Positions 1 through 9,989 of a stretch of DNA of 64,000 nucleotides are shown in pieces. Under the pieces are notes generated by a model that was given only the letters and a program-made list of their open reading frames with translations, did no database searches and had not been told where the DNA came from. Where the stretch lies: positions 58,837 through 122,836 of the forward strand of contig JBJHCF010000007.1 in assembly GCA_050506795.1 (NCBI GenBank), read 5' to 3'. The translations under genes were made by a program, and so were the position numbers. Numbering within the stretch: position 1 is the first letter of the stretch; each line of letters opens with the position of its first letter. Source of the stretch: Opitutia bacterium. Its GTDB lineage: Bacteria > Verrucomicrobiota > Verrucomicrobiia > Opitutales > T3Sed10-336.

Positions 1-7
1 CATCGAG

Positions 8-847
8 ATGAACGATAAGCCGCTTCAAGCCCTGAAGCGGAAAAAGGACTCGTCCATGGTCAGGGCGATCGACCTGGTGAAATCCGGTCAGGCCAAGGTG
101 CTTCTCAGCTGCGGCAACACCGGCAGCCTCATGGCGGGCGGCACGATCAAGCTGCGCGTCATGGAAGGCGTGGACCGGCCGGCCCTGGCCACGGTCATTC
201 CCAACAAGGAGTGCCACTTTGTGCTGATCGATGCCGGCGCCAACCCGGAAGCGCGACCGGAGCACCTGGTTCACAACGCGATTCTGGGCAAGATTTATTC
301 GAAGGTGGCGCTCGGCATCGAGGACCCTCGAATCGGCCTGCTCACCATCGGAACCGAAGAGGGAAAGGGCAACGAACTCACCCACCAGACTCACCTCCTG
401 CTGAAAAAGGTCTCACATCTGTTCAATTACCAGGGTCCGATCGAAGGCTTTCACCTCTTTCAGAATCATGTCGATGTGGTGGTATGCGACGGTTTTGTGG
501 GCAATATCGTGCTGAAGACCTGCGAATCGCTTTTCCACGCGCTCAAGGAATACCTTAAGGAGGAAATCACCCGCAACCCGCTCCGGAAAATGGGTGCGCT
601 GCTCTCCATGGGTGCATTCCGGGCGATGAAAACCCAACTCAACCCTGACCATTATGGCGGGGCTCCCCTGCTCGGCCTGCGAGGAAACATTCTCAAGGCC
701 CACGGATCGAGCAACCGGGAAGCGATCATGAACGCAATTCGCATCGGCACGGAAATCATCGCTCAGGACATGAACACCCATATGCTCGACGAGATCCGTG
801 AGGTCAACGAAGCCCTGCGCCAGGCTGAAGCTTCGCCAATCCTATGA
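8..847 (+). CDS. plsX: Phosphate acyltransferase PlsX (probably 5'-truncated by window edge)
   Basis: Motifs SCGNTG, RPALA, DAGAN, IGTEEGKGN, DVVVCDGFVGN, KAHGSS; directly upstream of fabH; frame open to window start. Confidence 0.95.
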   Translation: MNDKPLQALKRKKDSSMVRAIDLVKSGQAKVLLSCGNTGSLMAGGTIKLRVMEGVDRPALATVIPNKECHFVLIDAGANPEARPEHLVHNAILGKIYSKVALGIEDPRIGLLTIGTEEGKGNELTHQTHLLLKKVSHLFNYQGPIEGFHLFQNHVDVVVCDGFVGNIVLKTCESLFHALKEYLKEEITRNPLRKMGALLSMGAFRAMKTQLNPDHYGGAPLLGLRGNILKAHGSSNREAIMNAIRIGTEIIAQDMNTHMLDEIREVNEALRQAEASPIL

Positions 848-1911
848 GCGCACAACTCCCCACCGGACCCCAGGCGGACGAACTCGCCTCCTCCGCGCCG
901 GATCGTCTCGAGGGCGCGCGCCAGACCGTGGCGATCCGCGCCACCGGAGCCTACACCCCGGAGAAGGTCCTGACCAACAACGAGCTCACCCACCTGGTGG
1001 ACACGAGTGACGAGTGGATTGTCACCCGCACCGGGATCCGGGAAAGACGAATCGCCGCCCCGGATGAAACCGCTGCCGACATGGCCGTCCAGGCCGGAGC
1101 CAGGGCGATCGAGAAAGCCGGGCTGTCCCCGGCGGATATCGATCTGGTGATCGTGGCCACCATTACTCCGGACATGCCTTTCCCCTCGACCGCCTGCCTG
1201 GTGCAGACACGGCTGGGAATGCGGGACGTCTGCGCTTTCGACGTTGAAGCAGCCTGTTCCGGCTTTATTTACATCACCGAAATCGCCACCGCCATGCTGC
1301 AAAGCGGCCGCTTCCGGCACGCCCTGATCATCGGCACCGAAAAGCTCTCTTCCATCCTGGACTGGAACGACCGCTCGACCTGCGTCCTGTTCGGCGACGG
1401 CGCCGGCGCGGCGGTTTTGAGCCGGGGCGAACAACATGGCAGCGGCTCTCTGAGCGTTCTGGACACCCGGCTCGGGGCTGACGGCGCGGCCTCGAACATC
1501 CTGTACATGCCGGGCGGCGGTTCACGCATTCCGGCCAGCGCGGCCTCGCTGGCCGCCGGTCACCACTTCCTCAAAATGAACGGCCGGGAAGTATTCAAGA
1601 TCGCCATCCGCATCATGGAACAGGCGACCCGGGACATCCTGGCGCGAAACGATGTCCCCCTGGAGCGTGTGGCCTGCATAATACCCCACCAGGCCAATTC
1701 CCGCATCATTGAAATGCTGTCGGAACGGATGCAGGTGCCGATGAATCGTTTTCACGTCAATCTGGACCGCCTCGGCAACACCTCCGCGGCCTCGGTTCCG
1801 CTGGCCCTGGACGAAGTCCTGGCGCAAGGTAGAATCGCCCCGGGAGAATACGCCGTTCTGGTCGCCTTTGGCGCCGGCCTCACCTGGGGTGCGACCCTGT
1901 TGAGAGGTTGA
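844..1911 (+). CDS. fabH: 3-oxoacyl-ACP synthase III
   Basis: DTSDEWI-RTGI, AACSGF (catalytic Cys), PHQAN, GNTSAAS, FGAGLTWG; ATGA overlap with plsX. Confidence 0.97.
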   Translation: MSAQLPTGPQADELASSAPDRLEGARQTVAIRATGAYTPEKVLTNNELTHLVDTSDEWIVTRTGIRERRIAAPDETAADMAVQAGARAIEKAGLSPADIDLVIVATITPDMPFPSTACLVQTRLGMRDVCAFDVEAACSGFIYITEIATAMLQSGRFRHALIIGTEKLSSILDWNDRSTCVLFGDGAGAAVLSRGEQHGSGSLSVLDTRLGADGAASNILYMPGGGSRIPASAASLAAGHHFLKMNGREVFKIAIRIMEQATRDILARNDVPLERVACIIPHQANSRIIEMLSERMQVPMNRFHVNLDRLGNTSAASVPLALDEVLAQGRIAPGEYAVLVAFGAGLTWGATLLRG

Positions 1912-2013
1912 GCCCGTCATCGCAGCCCAACTCAATCACCGGCGTCAAGACCCGTTATCACCAACAGCGAGTCGTTCTCCGGGAAGGTGCGGCTCGGCCC
2001 TGAAGTGAACGAA

Positions 2014-2904
2014 TTATCGGTCACCCCCACCCAGAAGCCCCCACATGTTCCGCCCGAGTACCAGACGTTTTTCCTCGTCCGTCAGCCCGGCCGATTCGAT
2101 GTCGCGCAGAAACCTCCGGAAGTCCGGCGCGCTCTGTTCTCGGGGATAAAGGCGCAACGGGTAGTCCGAACCATACAGCACGCGCTCCGGTCCAATCCGA
2201 TCGATCACGGCACGAAAAATTTCCTTGTCATACAAAAGCGGGCTGGCCGCGGTATCATAATAAACATTACGGATTCGACCACCCACCCACCGGTTCAACT
2301 CGAAAAATGGCAACAGCCCCCCCCAGTGAGCTAAAATCAGCTTGAGGTTCGGGAACCGCTCGGCGAGCCCGACCAAGTCGTCGAGTGATTCCTGCAACCG
2401 TCCCGGGTGGCGACGGCCTACCGGTTCGTTGACGTGCAGGTTAACCGGCACTTCCAGCGAGACCGCCCGCTCCACCACCGCCATCCACCCGGGGTCCTCC
2501 AGGGAAAAGCCCTGAGCAGCAGGAGAAAGCTCGCCCAGCCCGCAGAGGCCGGCTTCGACCGCGCGCTGCAGTTCGTCCGCCGCGGCTGCGCCGGCCCGCG
2601 GCTGGACCGTGGCGAAAGCCCGCAGACGATCGGGATGCCGTTTTACCCACTCGAGATGCCAGTTATTTTGCTCGATGCAGGTGTCCTGATGCTCCCAGTA
2701 CCAGCCCAAAAGCACCGCCTGCTCCACGCCGGCCGCATCCATGTCGGCCAAGAGGGTATCGACATCCGGCCACCCCTGCAGGCTCGGCCCGGACAACGGC
2801 GCCGCCAGTTCGGCCCAGTGACGCTCACCCCGAGACGCCGACCACCCCCGCGGATCAACGGCCACTTCTGGCGGATAAAGGTGAACGTGGCAATCGATGA
2901 TCAT
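2014..2904 (-). CDS. Amidohydrolase-family (amidohydro_2-like) metal-dependent hydrolase
   Basis: IIDCHVH metal motif, LILAHWGG, YYDTAA, LYGSDYP. Confidence 0.85.
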   Translation of the reverse strand: MIIDCHVHLYPPEVAVDPRGWSASRGERHWAELAAPLSGPSLQGWPDVDTLLADMDAAGVEQAVLLGWYWEHQDTCIEQNNWHLEWVKRHPDRLRAFATVQPRAGAAAADELQRAVEAGLCGLGELSPAAQGFSLEDPGWMAVVERAVSLEVPVNLHVNEPVGRRHPGRLQESLDDLVGLAERFPNLKLILAHWGGLLPFFELNRWVGGRIRNVYYDTAASPLLYDKEIFRAVIDRIGPERVLYGSDYPLRLYPREQSAPDFRRFLRDIESAGLTDEEKRLVLGRNMWGLLGGGDR

Positions 2905-3080
2905 GGAGGAAGGCTGCCGTTTTCAAGGGACGTCGTCAATCCGACCGACGCCCGCCCGGTCTGACAATCTCCGCTTTCCGCTTTATTTCCGGCCGCTTTT
3001 TTCGTACAACGAATCCACGCTGCGGTTCGCCCTGACGGACGCCGATCAGCGCCATCCATTTCGGCATCCATCGTCCCTTA

Positions 3081-4556
3081 ATGAATTCAACGAAGGCTTA
3101 CATCCTCGACACCAACGTTCTGCTGCATGATCCCCACGCCCTCTACAAGTTTGAAGAACACCATGTAATCCTCCCGGTGGAAGTGCTCGAAGAACTTGAC
3201 CGGTTCAAGAGCGATCCCAGTGAAAAAGGGCGCAACGCGCGGCATGTGCACCGCGAACTCAAGAAGCGCTTCGGCGACTCCACCGCCGCATCGATGGTGG
3301 AAGGCGCCGACCTGCCCACCGGCGGCAAACTGTCGGTGTTGGTCAATAAATACCTCTTAAACACGAGCCGCAAACGACACAGCGCGGGCATGAAACGCCT
3401 GCTGACCGTCTTTCCCGACATGGCCAAGATGGATAATCGTATTCTGGCCTGCACGCTTTTCGTCACCGAGACCTCGGGAAAACCGGCCACGCTGGTGACC
3501 AAGGACATCAACATGCTGCTCAAGGCCCTGGCGGTCGATCTCCGCGCCGAGGACTACCTCAACGACAAGGTAAAAGAGCGTTTTGGAGAGAATGGAGACG
3601 ATTTTTACTCCTCGATCGAAATCAGCAGGCATGAGATGCAACGGTTCGGATCCGAGGGCGAAATCACCCTGCCGGCGACCCGGGTAAACGGCATGGCGAT
3701 CAACGAGTACGCCTTGTTGCAGACCTCGGATGGCGGTGTTTTTCCCTCTCGCTACCTCGGCGCCGCCTCCTTTCGGAGGCTCGCGTTGCCGAGTCACCTC
3801 CAGCCCCCCGGCGGCATCGCGATAAAGCCCCGCAATCTGGAGCAACAGTTCCTGATGGATGCGCTGCTCGATCCCGATATCTCTCTGGTCACTTGCTACG
3901 GCAAGGCGGGCACCGGAAAAACCATCGTGAGCACCGCCTGCGCGCTTCATTTGATGGGACAACAGCATTACGAAGGCGTCAGTATTTCCCGGCCGGTTAT
4001 TTCCATGGGCAAGGAAATCGGCTACCTGCCGGGAGATATCAATGACAAGATGACGCCTTGGCTGCAACCCTATCACGATGCCCTGAGCGTGATCTACCCG
4101 ATGCACGAGAACCGGAATCCCGGGTTCGCCGACAAACGGGTTTCCCGGCGCCCCAAAAAAAACGCCAAGAAAAAATCCTCCTCCGACAGCTCCGCCCTGA
4201 ATGGTGGATCGGCTTACCCCAAACCTTACCAGGAACTGATCGCTTCCGGCCTGCTGGAAATCGAAGCGCTGACCTTTATTCGCGGCCGTTCCATTCCGCG
4301 GCGGTTTTTCATCCTGGACGAAGCCCAACAACTGACGCCCCACGAGGTAAAGACGGTGGTCAGCCGCATGAGCGAAGGCTCAAAGATCATTCTGCTCGGC
4401 GACCCGACCCAAATCGACAATCCGTACGTCGATTCTCAGTCCAATGGCCTGGTCTACGCCAAAAACAAACTGCGCGATCAATCCCTGGCCTCTCACGTCA
4501 AACTCACTAAAGGCGAACGAAGCCCGCTGGCGGAGCTGGCGGTGACGCTGATGTGA
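3081..4556 (+). CDS. PhoH-family ATPase with N-terminal PIN domain (PhoH2/YlaK-like)
   Basis: N-terminal YILDTNVLLHDP...EELD...DNRIL...VTKD PIN motifs; Walker A GKAGTGKT; IRGRS, LDEAQ, GDPTQID, RSPLA. Confidence 0.92.
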   Translation: MNSTKAYILDTNVLLHDPHALYKFEEHHVILPVEVLEELDRFKSDPSEKGRNARHVHRELKKRFGDSTAASMVEGADLPTGGKLSVLVNKYLLNTSRKRHSAGMKRLLTVFPDMAKMDNRILACTLFVTETSGKPATLVTKDINMLLKALAVDLRAEDYLNDKVKERFGENGDDFYSSIEISRHEMQRFGSEGEITLPATRVNGMAINEYALLQTSDGGVFPSRYLGAASFRRLALPSHLQPPGGIAIKPRNLEQQFLMDALLDPDISLVTCYGKAGTGKTIVSTACALHLMGQQHYEGVSISRPVISMGKEIGYLPGDINDKMTPWLQPYHDALSVIYPMHENRNPGFADKRVSRRPKKNAKKKSSSDSSALNGGSAYPKPYQELIASGLLEIEALTFIRGRSIPRRFFILDEAQQLTPHEVKTVVSRMSEGSKIILLGDPTQIDNPYVDSQSNGLVYAKNKLRDQSLASHVKLTKGERSPLAELAVTLM

Positions 4557-4606
4557 TCCCACCGGGCAGCCCCTTATCACCCGGGGGGACAGAAAATAGC
4601 ATCTTT

Positions 4607-4623
4607 TTTAGAATAATTCTTGA
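4607..4623 (+). promoter_or_regulatory. Candidate Fur-family (Irr/PerR-type) operator
   Basis: TTTAGAA-TAA-TTCTTGA, an AT-rich near-palindrome 33 bp upstream of the Fur-family gene; 2 mismatches to the Irr ICE consensus TTTAGAA-N3-TTCTAAA. Confidence 0.55.
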
Positions 4624-4656
4624 TATTAATCCAAAAACACCGATAGGTACAGGATC

Positions 4657-5103
4657 GTGAACCGAATCAATAATCAACGGCAGACTGTCCTGGACCGCAC
4701 GCTGTCCCGGAGCGGATTGCGTATGACCCGACAAAGACAGACGGTTTACGACACTCTCATGGACCAGCGGGACCACCCGACCGCCGACGAGGTGTTCAGC
4801 CGGGTGAAACGAACCATGCCCACCATTTCGCTTGCCACCGTTTACAATTGCCTGGAAAAACTGGTGGATTGCGGTTTGGTGCGACAGGTCAACCGCGACC
4901 GCGAGTCCACCCGCTACTGCGCCAATCTTAAGGAGCACGGCCATTTCTATTGCCGCCAATGCGGTTCGGTGCACGACATCGACCTGCCTTCCGGACAGCC
5001 CGCCGATCTGGGGCTCGCGCTTCCCGAGGGATTTCGGGTCGACCACCTGGACGTGAATCTTCGCGGAGTCTGTCCGGAGTGCGGAGCCAAACAACAATCC
5101 TGA
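4657..5103 (+). CDS. Fur-family transcriptional regulator (PerR-like)
   Basis: RMTRQR, HPTADEV, ISLATVYN, HGHFYCRQCG, C-terminal GVCPEC. Confidence 0.92.
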   Translation: MNRINNQRQTVLDRTLSRSGLRMTRQRQTVYDTLMDQRDHPTADEVFSRVKRTMPTISLATVYNCLEKLVDCGLVRQVNRDRESTRYCANLKEHGHFYCRQCGSVHDIDLPSGQPADLGLALPEGFRVDHLDVNLRGVCPECGAKQQS

Positions 5104-5121
5104 AAAGGACTATTTCAAATC

Positions 5122-5892
5122 ATGAGCAAACAACTGGAAATCAAAAACCTGAGCGTCAACGTCGAGGGGACCCAAATCATCAGGAACCTCAGCCTAACCG
5201 TTCCGCGCGGAGAAGTGCATGCCCTTATGGGACCGAACGGAACCGGAAAGAGCACACTGGCGAAAGTACTTGCCGGCCACCCGGACTACGAAGTCACTTC
5301 CGGAGAGGTGCTCCTGGACGGGGAGAACATTCTCGATATGGAGGTGGATGAGCGCGCGCGCAGCGGCCTTTTTATGGCGTTCCAATACCCCAGCGAGATT
5401 CCCGGGGTGAGCATCGCCAATTTCCTGCGCGCCGCCAGACAGGCCCGCCTCGAAGAGGGCGAGGAACTCGACGCCGTCTCGTTTTACAAAACGCTTTACG
5501 AAAAGATGGACCTGCTGCAGATCGACCGGAAGTTTACGTCGCGGGCGGTCAACGAAGGCTTTTCCGGCGGCGAAAAGAAACGGAATGAGATCCTGCAAAT
5601 GGCGATGCTGGAGCCCAGTTACGCCATTATGGACGAGACCGACAGCGGCCTCGACATCGACGCCCTGCGGATTGTTTCCGAAGGGGTCAACCGGCTGCGA
5701 GGTCCGAACCTGGGAGTCCTCCTCATCACCCATTACCAGCGAATCCTGGACTACATCGTACCCGACCACGTCCATGTCATGTGGAACGGCACCATCGTCA
5801 AAAGCGGCGGCAAAGAACTCGCCCGCGAGCTGGAGGAAAAAGGCTACGACTGGATCAAAGAAGCTTTCGCCGAGCCCGCCGGCAAGGCCTGA
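5122..5892 (+). CDS. sufC: Fe-S cluster assembly ATPase SufC
   Basis: [48 protein letters not shown]. Confidence 0.97.
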   Translation: MSKQLEIKNLSVNVEGTQIIRNLSLTVPRGEVHALMGPNGTGKSTLAKVLAGHPDYEVTSGEVLLDGENILDMEVDERARSGLFMAFQYPSEIPGVSIANFLRAARQARLEEGEELDAVSFYKTLYEKMDLLQIDRKFTSRAVNEGFSGGEKKRNEILQMAMLEPSYAIMDETDSGLDIDALRIVSEGVNRLRGPNLGVLLITHYQRILDYIVPDHVHVMWNGTIVKSGGKELARELEEKGYDWIKEAFAEPAGKA

Positions 5893-5931
5893 GCGAGGGC
5901 GCTAACACCAATTACAAGAAGAGGCATTTCC

Positions 5932-7344
5932 ATGAGCACCACCAACACTCCCGAACTCGACATCAAAACCGATATCGGGGATTTCGTTTATCCGGAAAAG
6001 CACAAGTACGACGCCGGTGTCGGTCTGTCTGAAGACACCATCAACTACATGTGCGAGGTCAAGGACGAGCCGGACTGGATCCGCGAGTTTCGTATGAAGG
6101 CCCTGAAAACCTTCCGCGAAAAACCGCTGCCCACGAACTGGGCCTCGAGGGACCTGGAGGCGATCGACTTCGACAAAATCCGCTACTACCTGGCGGGCGA
6201 CCGGAAGCCGAGTCGCAGTTGGGACGAAGTGCCGGACGATGTCAAAGCAACCTTTGAGCGTTTGGGGATCCCGGAAAACGAACGCAAGTTCCTCGCCGGC
6301 GTGGAGGCGCAATTCGACAGCGAGGCGGCCTACTCCAACATCAAGGAAATCGCCGCCAAGCAAGGAGTGATCTTTGTCGGCAGCACGGAGGGACTGAAGG
6401 AACACCCTGAGATCTTCCGCAAGTGGTTCGGCAAGGTGATTCCGACCGGAGACAACAAGTTCAGCGCCCTTAACAGCGCTGTCTTCAGCGGCGGCAGCTT
6501 CATCTACGTCCCGCCCGGAGTGAAAGTCAGTCACCCGCTCCAAGCCTACTTCCGTATCAATGCTCAGAATTTCGGTCAGTTCGAGCGAACTCTGATCATC
6601 GCCGACGAGGGCTCCGAGGTCACCTACATGGAGGGCTGCACGGCGCCCAAATTCGACACCGCAACCCTTCATAGCGCGGTGGTGGAGTTGGTCGCGCTCA
6701 AGGGAGCCAAAATCCAATACATCACGGTCCAGAACTGGTCCGACAATGTCTTCAACCTCGTTACCAAACGCGGACTGGCCGAGGAGGACGCAGAAATCCG
6801 CTGGATTGATTGCAACATCGGCTCACGCCTGACCATGAAATACCCCGGGGTGATTCTCAAGGGTCGCCGGGCACGGGGTGAGGTTCTCAGCATCGCCCTG
6901 GCCAATGACGGGCAGCACCAGGATACCGGAGCCAAGATGATTCACGCGGCGGATGAAACCACTAGTAACATCATCTCGAAAAGCATCAGTGTCGGGCAAG
7001 GGCGCGCCACCTACCGAGGTTTGGTAAACATGCCCAAACACCTGAAGGGCTGCAAGAACAACACCGAGTGCGATGCCTTGCTGATTAACACCAATTCCCG
7101 CACGGACACCTATCCGGCGATCACCACGCGGGGCGACCACAACTCCGTCCAGCACGAGGCCAGCGTCAGCAAGGTGAGTGCCGACCAGATCTTTTATATG
7201 CAGCAACGCGGCATGACCGAAGGGCAGGCCATGAGCCTCAGCGTCAATGGCTTCATCAATGATCTGGCTCAGCATTTCCCCATGGAATACAGCGTTGAAC
7301 TGAAACGCCTCATCGACCTTGAGATGGAAGGCTCGGTCGGCTGA
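5932..7344 (+). CDS. sufB: Fe-S cluster assembly protein SufB
   Basis: [40 protein letters not shown], ends EGSVG. Confidence 0.97.
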   Translation: MSTTNTPELDIKTDIGDFVYPEKHKYDAGVGLSEDTINYMCEVKDEPDWIREFRMKALKTFREKPLPTNWASRDLEAIDFDKIRYYLAGDRKPSRSWDEVPDDVKATFERLGIPENERKFLAGVEAQFDSEAAYSNIKEIAAKQGVIFVGSTEGLKEHPEIFRKWFGKVIPTGDNKFSALNSAVFSGGSFIYVPPGVKVSHPLQAYFRINAQNFGQFERTLIIADEGSEVTYMEGCTAPKFDTATLHSAVVELVALKGAKIQYITVQNWSDNVFNLVTKRGLAEEDAEIRWIDCNIGSRLTMKYPGVILKGRRARGEVLSIALANDGQHQDTGAKMIHAADETTSNIISKSISVGQGRATYRGLVNMPKHLKGCKNNTECDALLINTNSRTDTYPAITTRGDHNSVQHEASVSKVSADQIFYMQQRGMTEGQAMSLSVNGFINDLAQHFPMEYSVELKRLIDLEMEGSVG

Positions 7345-7427
7345 CCGGCCACAACCGGAACCGCGGCCATCCGAAACCGTCCCGGTTGTGCCGCGCACGC
7401 GATTCACCTAAAACCGATTTACACGCC

Positions 7428-8771
7428 TTGAACACAAACACATTGTCTCGCACCAAAGAACTGAACATTGCCAGCCAGGAAGCCTTCGACGCCCATCTGG
7501 CTTCAAGGGTCGACCTGCCGCAATGGTGGCTGGACCTGAAAAAAGAAAACTGGCAGCGTTTCCAGGAACTTCCGGCGCCACACCGCAAAGACGAAAACTG
7601 GCGTTTTGCCAGCCTCGGAGGGCTCGACCTGGACGGCTATTCGTTCAGTGAAACCCGACCGGACAAAACCACGGCCGATTCGTTCGTCGATCGATCCGAT
7701 CAGATCCGCCATCGCTCCGGGCGAATTGTTTTTGCCAACGACCACATGATCCGTCACGACGCGATCGCGTCAGAACTCGCCGAACTCGGTGTGATCTGGA
7801 TGCCCATCGAGCAGGCCGTGCGCGAACACGGGGACCTCCTGCGACGCCACTTCATGGCCCAACCGATTAAGCTCGGTTCGGAAAAGTTTTCCGCCCTCCA
7901 CGGAGCGTTTTGCTCAGCCGGAACCTTCCTCCACGTTCCCAAAGGTGTCGAAATCGAAGCCCCCCTTGTCGCCTCCCACTGGACCGCGGCCGACGGCGTT
8001 GCCGTTTTCCCTCACACGCTCCTGATCGCGGACGAGCACAGCAAGGTCACTCTGGTCGACTATTTTTCCGCCCAGGATTCCTCCGCACGCAACTACATCT
8101 GTGGAGTCAACGACCTCTATGCCGGTCCGGGAGCGAAGGTAACCTACATTTCGGCGCAGGATTGGGGTCGCCAGAGCCTGGCGTTTCACCTGAACTCAAC
8201 CCAAGCCTTCAGAGACGCCTTCATCACCTCGCTGAATGTCAATACGGGAGGCCGGCAGGCGCGCACCGAAAGCCACAGTCAGGTAATGGGCGAAGGCGCT
8301 CACACGGAAATGCAGTCATTAACGGTCGCCACCGGAAAACAGGAATTCGACCAGCGGACCCTGCAAACCCACTTTAAAGGGCATTCGGTTTCGGACCTGC
8401 TCTACAAGAACGCGCTGTTCGACGACGCTCGAACCATCTTCTCCGGCTTGATTAAGGTGGAAGAGGATGCGCAACAAACCGATGCCTACCAGACAAATCG
8501 CAATCTCCTACTCAGCACCTCGGCCGAAGCCAACGCCCTGCCCGGTTTGGAAATTCTGGCAAATGACGTCAAATGCAGTCATGGCGCCACCTCCGGTCAA
8601 ATAGACGACAATCAGCTTTACTACCTCAAGGCACGTGGAATTTCCGACAAGGTCGCCAAGGAGCTTTTGGTTTTTGGTTTCTTCGACGATGTTCTCGGAA
8701 AACTGAAAAACGAAGAAATTGCCGAAAATCTTAGAACCGTAATCCGTGAACATGTCTCCCGGATTCCCTGA
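7428..8771 (+). CDS. sufD: Fe-S cluster assembly protein SufD
   Basis: [31 protein letters not shown]; start uncertain (TTG 7428 chosen within ORF 7386-8771). Confidence 0.93.
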   Translation: MNTNTLSRTKELNIASQEAFDAHLASRVDLPQWWLDLKKENWQRFQELPAPHRKDENWRFASLGGLDLDGYSFSETRPDKTTADSFVDRSDQIRHRSGRIVFANDHMIRHDAIASELAELGVIWMPIEQAVREHGDLLRRHFMAQPIKLGSEKFSALHGAFCSAGTFLHVPKGVEIEAPLVASHWTAADGVAVFPHTLLIADEHSKVTLVDYFSAQDSSARNYICGVNDLYAGPGAKVTYISAQDWGRQSLAFHLNSTQAFRDAFITSLNVNTGGRQARTESHSQVMGEGAHTEMQSLTVATGKQEFDQRTLQTHFKGHSVSDLLYKNALFDDARTIFSGLIKVEEDAQQTDAYQTNRNLLLSTSAEANALPGLEILANDVKCSHGATSGQIDDNQLYYLKARGISDKVAKELLVFGFFDDVLGKLKNEEIAENLRTVIREHVSRIP

Positions 8772-8781
8772 AAGACGGACC

Positions 8782-9333
8782 ATGGAAGATCAGAATCGCC
8801 GAATCTTAAGTCGAGACTGCGAAGCGGTACTTATTCCCGGCGGGGAATCCGTATCCCTTCCCAAGGAAACCACCGTTATCATCAGCCAGGTGCTTGGAGG
8901 GAGTTACACCGTGATGACTCCTCACGGCCTTGCGCGCATCAGCGGTGAGAACGCCGACGCTCTCGGCGAGGAGCCACAGCCGTTTATGGCTGCTCCGGCC
9001 GCAACCGAGCACGATGGACCACCGAGCGAAGAGGCGCTCTGGGAGCAACTTCGAAACGTCTATGACCCGGAAATTCCGGTAAACATTGTGGACCTCGGTT
9101 TGGTGTATTCCTGTGAAGTTAGCGAAACCGGTCCCGATTTCCATCGGGTTGACGTTAAAATGACCCTCACTGCGCCCGGTTGCGGAATGGGCCCGGCAAT
9201 CGCCGCCGACGCCAAGGCCAAGGTATTGAGCGTGCCCGGCGTGAAAGACGCGGAAGTCGAAATCGTCTGGGATCCTCCCTGGAATCAGGAAATGATTACC
9301 GAAGAAGGGAAAATGAAGCTCGGACTGATCTAA
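8782..9333 (+). CDS. sufT: Putative Fe-S cluster assembly protein SufT (DUF59 domain)
   Basis: [33 protein letters not shown]; N-terminal [19 protein letters not shown] typical of SufT. Confidence 0.9.
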   Translation: MEDQNRRILSRDCEAVLIPGGESVSLPKETTVIISQVLGGSYTVMTPHGLARISGENADALGEEPQPFMAAPAATEHDGPPSEEALWEQLRNVYDPEIPVNIVDLGLVYSCEVSETGPDFHRVDVKMTLTAPGCGMGPAIAADAKAKVLSVPGVKDAEVEIVWDPPWNQEMITEEGKMKLGLI

Positions 9334-9545
9334 CCCGGATTCCGGCGACCGCCTATCGGCATTCCCAATGGCACTGTGAAGCCTAAAAGGCCCTACCTGG
9401 CAATATCCGTTGGGGTCAAGATGTCCTGAGGTTCCCCGATAAAGCCGATCAGCCAAACGGTCTTTGTGAAATCAGCAATAGATCTATCTTTTCCTCTTGC
9501 CTGCATTGATTCCGCCCATTTTAATTATCCTTTTTCCCGAGACAC

Positions 9546-9746
9546 ATGGAGAACGAAACCAATCACAATCAGCAATCCAGCCGCAGCCCGTCGGAGATCC
9601 CTTTCACCGACCGTGAGGCACTGGCTCAATATGTTACCGATACCGGCAAGATCCTTCCTCGCCGTATCACTCAGCTTTCCGCCAAGGAACAGCGCCAGGT
9701 TACCCGCATGATTAAAAGGGCACGCAACGCCCTGCTCATGAAGTAG
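9546..9746 (+). CDS. rpsR: 30S ribosomal protein S18
   Basis: [10 protein letters not shown]...[14 protein letters not shown] signature. Confidence 0.92.
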   Translation: MENETNHNQQSSRSPSEIPFTDREALAQYVTDTGKILPRRITQLSAKEQRQVTRMIKRARNALLMK

Positions 9747-9767
9747 TTTCACCTTCCTGGACTTACT

Positions 9768-9802
9768 AAAAGCGCGCGGCAATCTCCGTGCGCTTTTTTT
9801 TT
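9768..9802 (+). terminator. Rho-independent terminator after rpsR
   Basis: AAAAGCGCGCGG-caatct-CCGTGCGC followed by T9. Confidence 0.85.
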
Positions 9803-9914
9803 GGCCCCATTTATCCGATTTCAAAAGATTAAGGGACCGCCACGGACCGGTTCGCTCCACAACTCCTTTTTTCGGTAAGCCAAGGCGAAACCGGTGCCAA
9901 TCCGCAACCCAAGC

Positions 9915-9949
9915 AAAAGGGCGGGACTCTCCTAAGAATCCCGCCCTTT
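9915..9949 (-). terminator. Terminator after wzc (possibly bidirectional)
   Basis: AAAAGGGCGGGA...TCCCGCCCTTT inverted repeat. Confidence 0.75.
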
Positions 9950-9989
9950 GCAGATTAACTGTCCGGATCGCGCGAGGGCGAAGTGGAGC

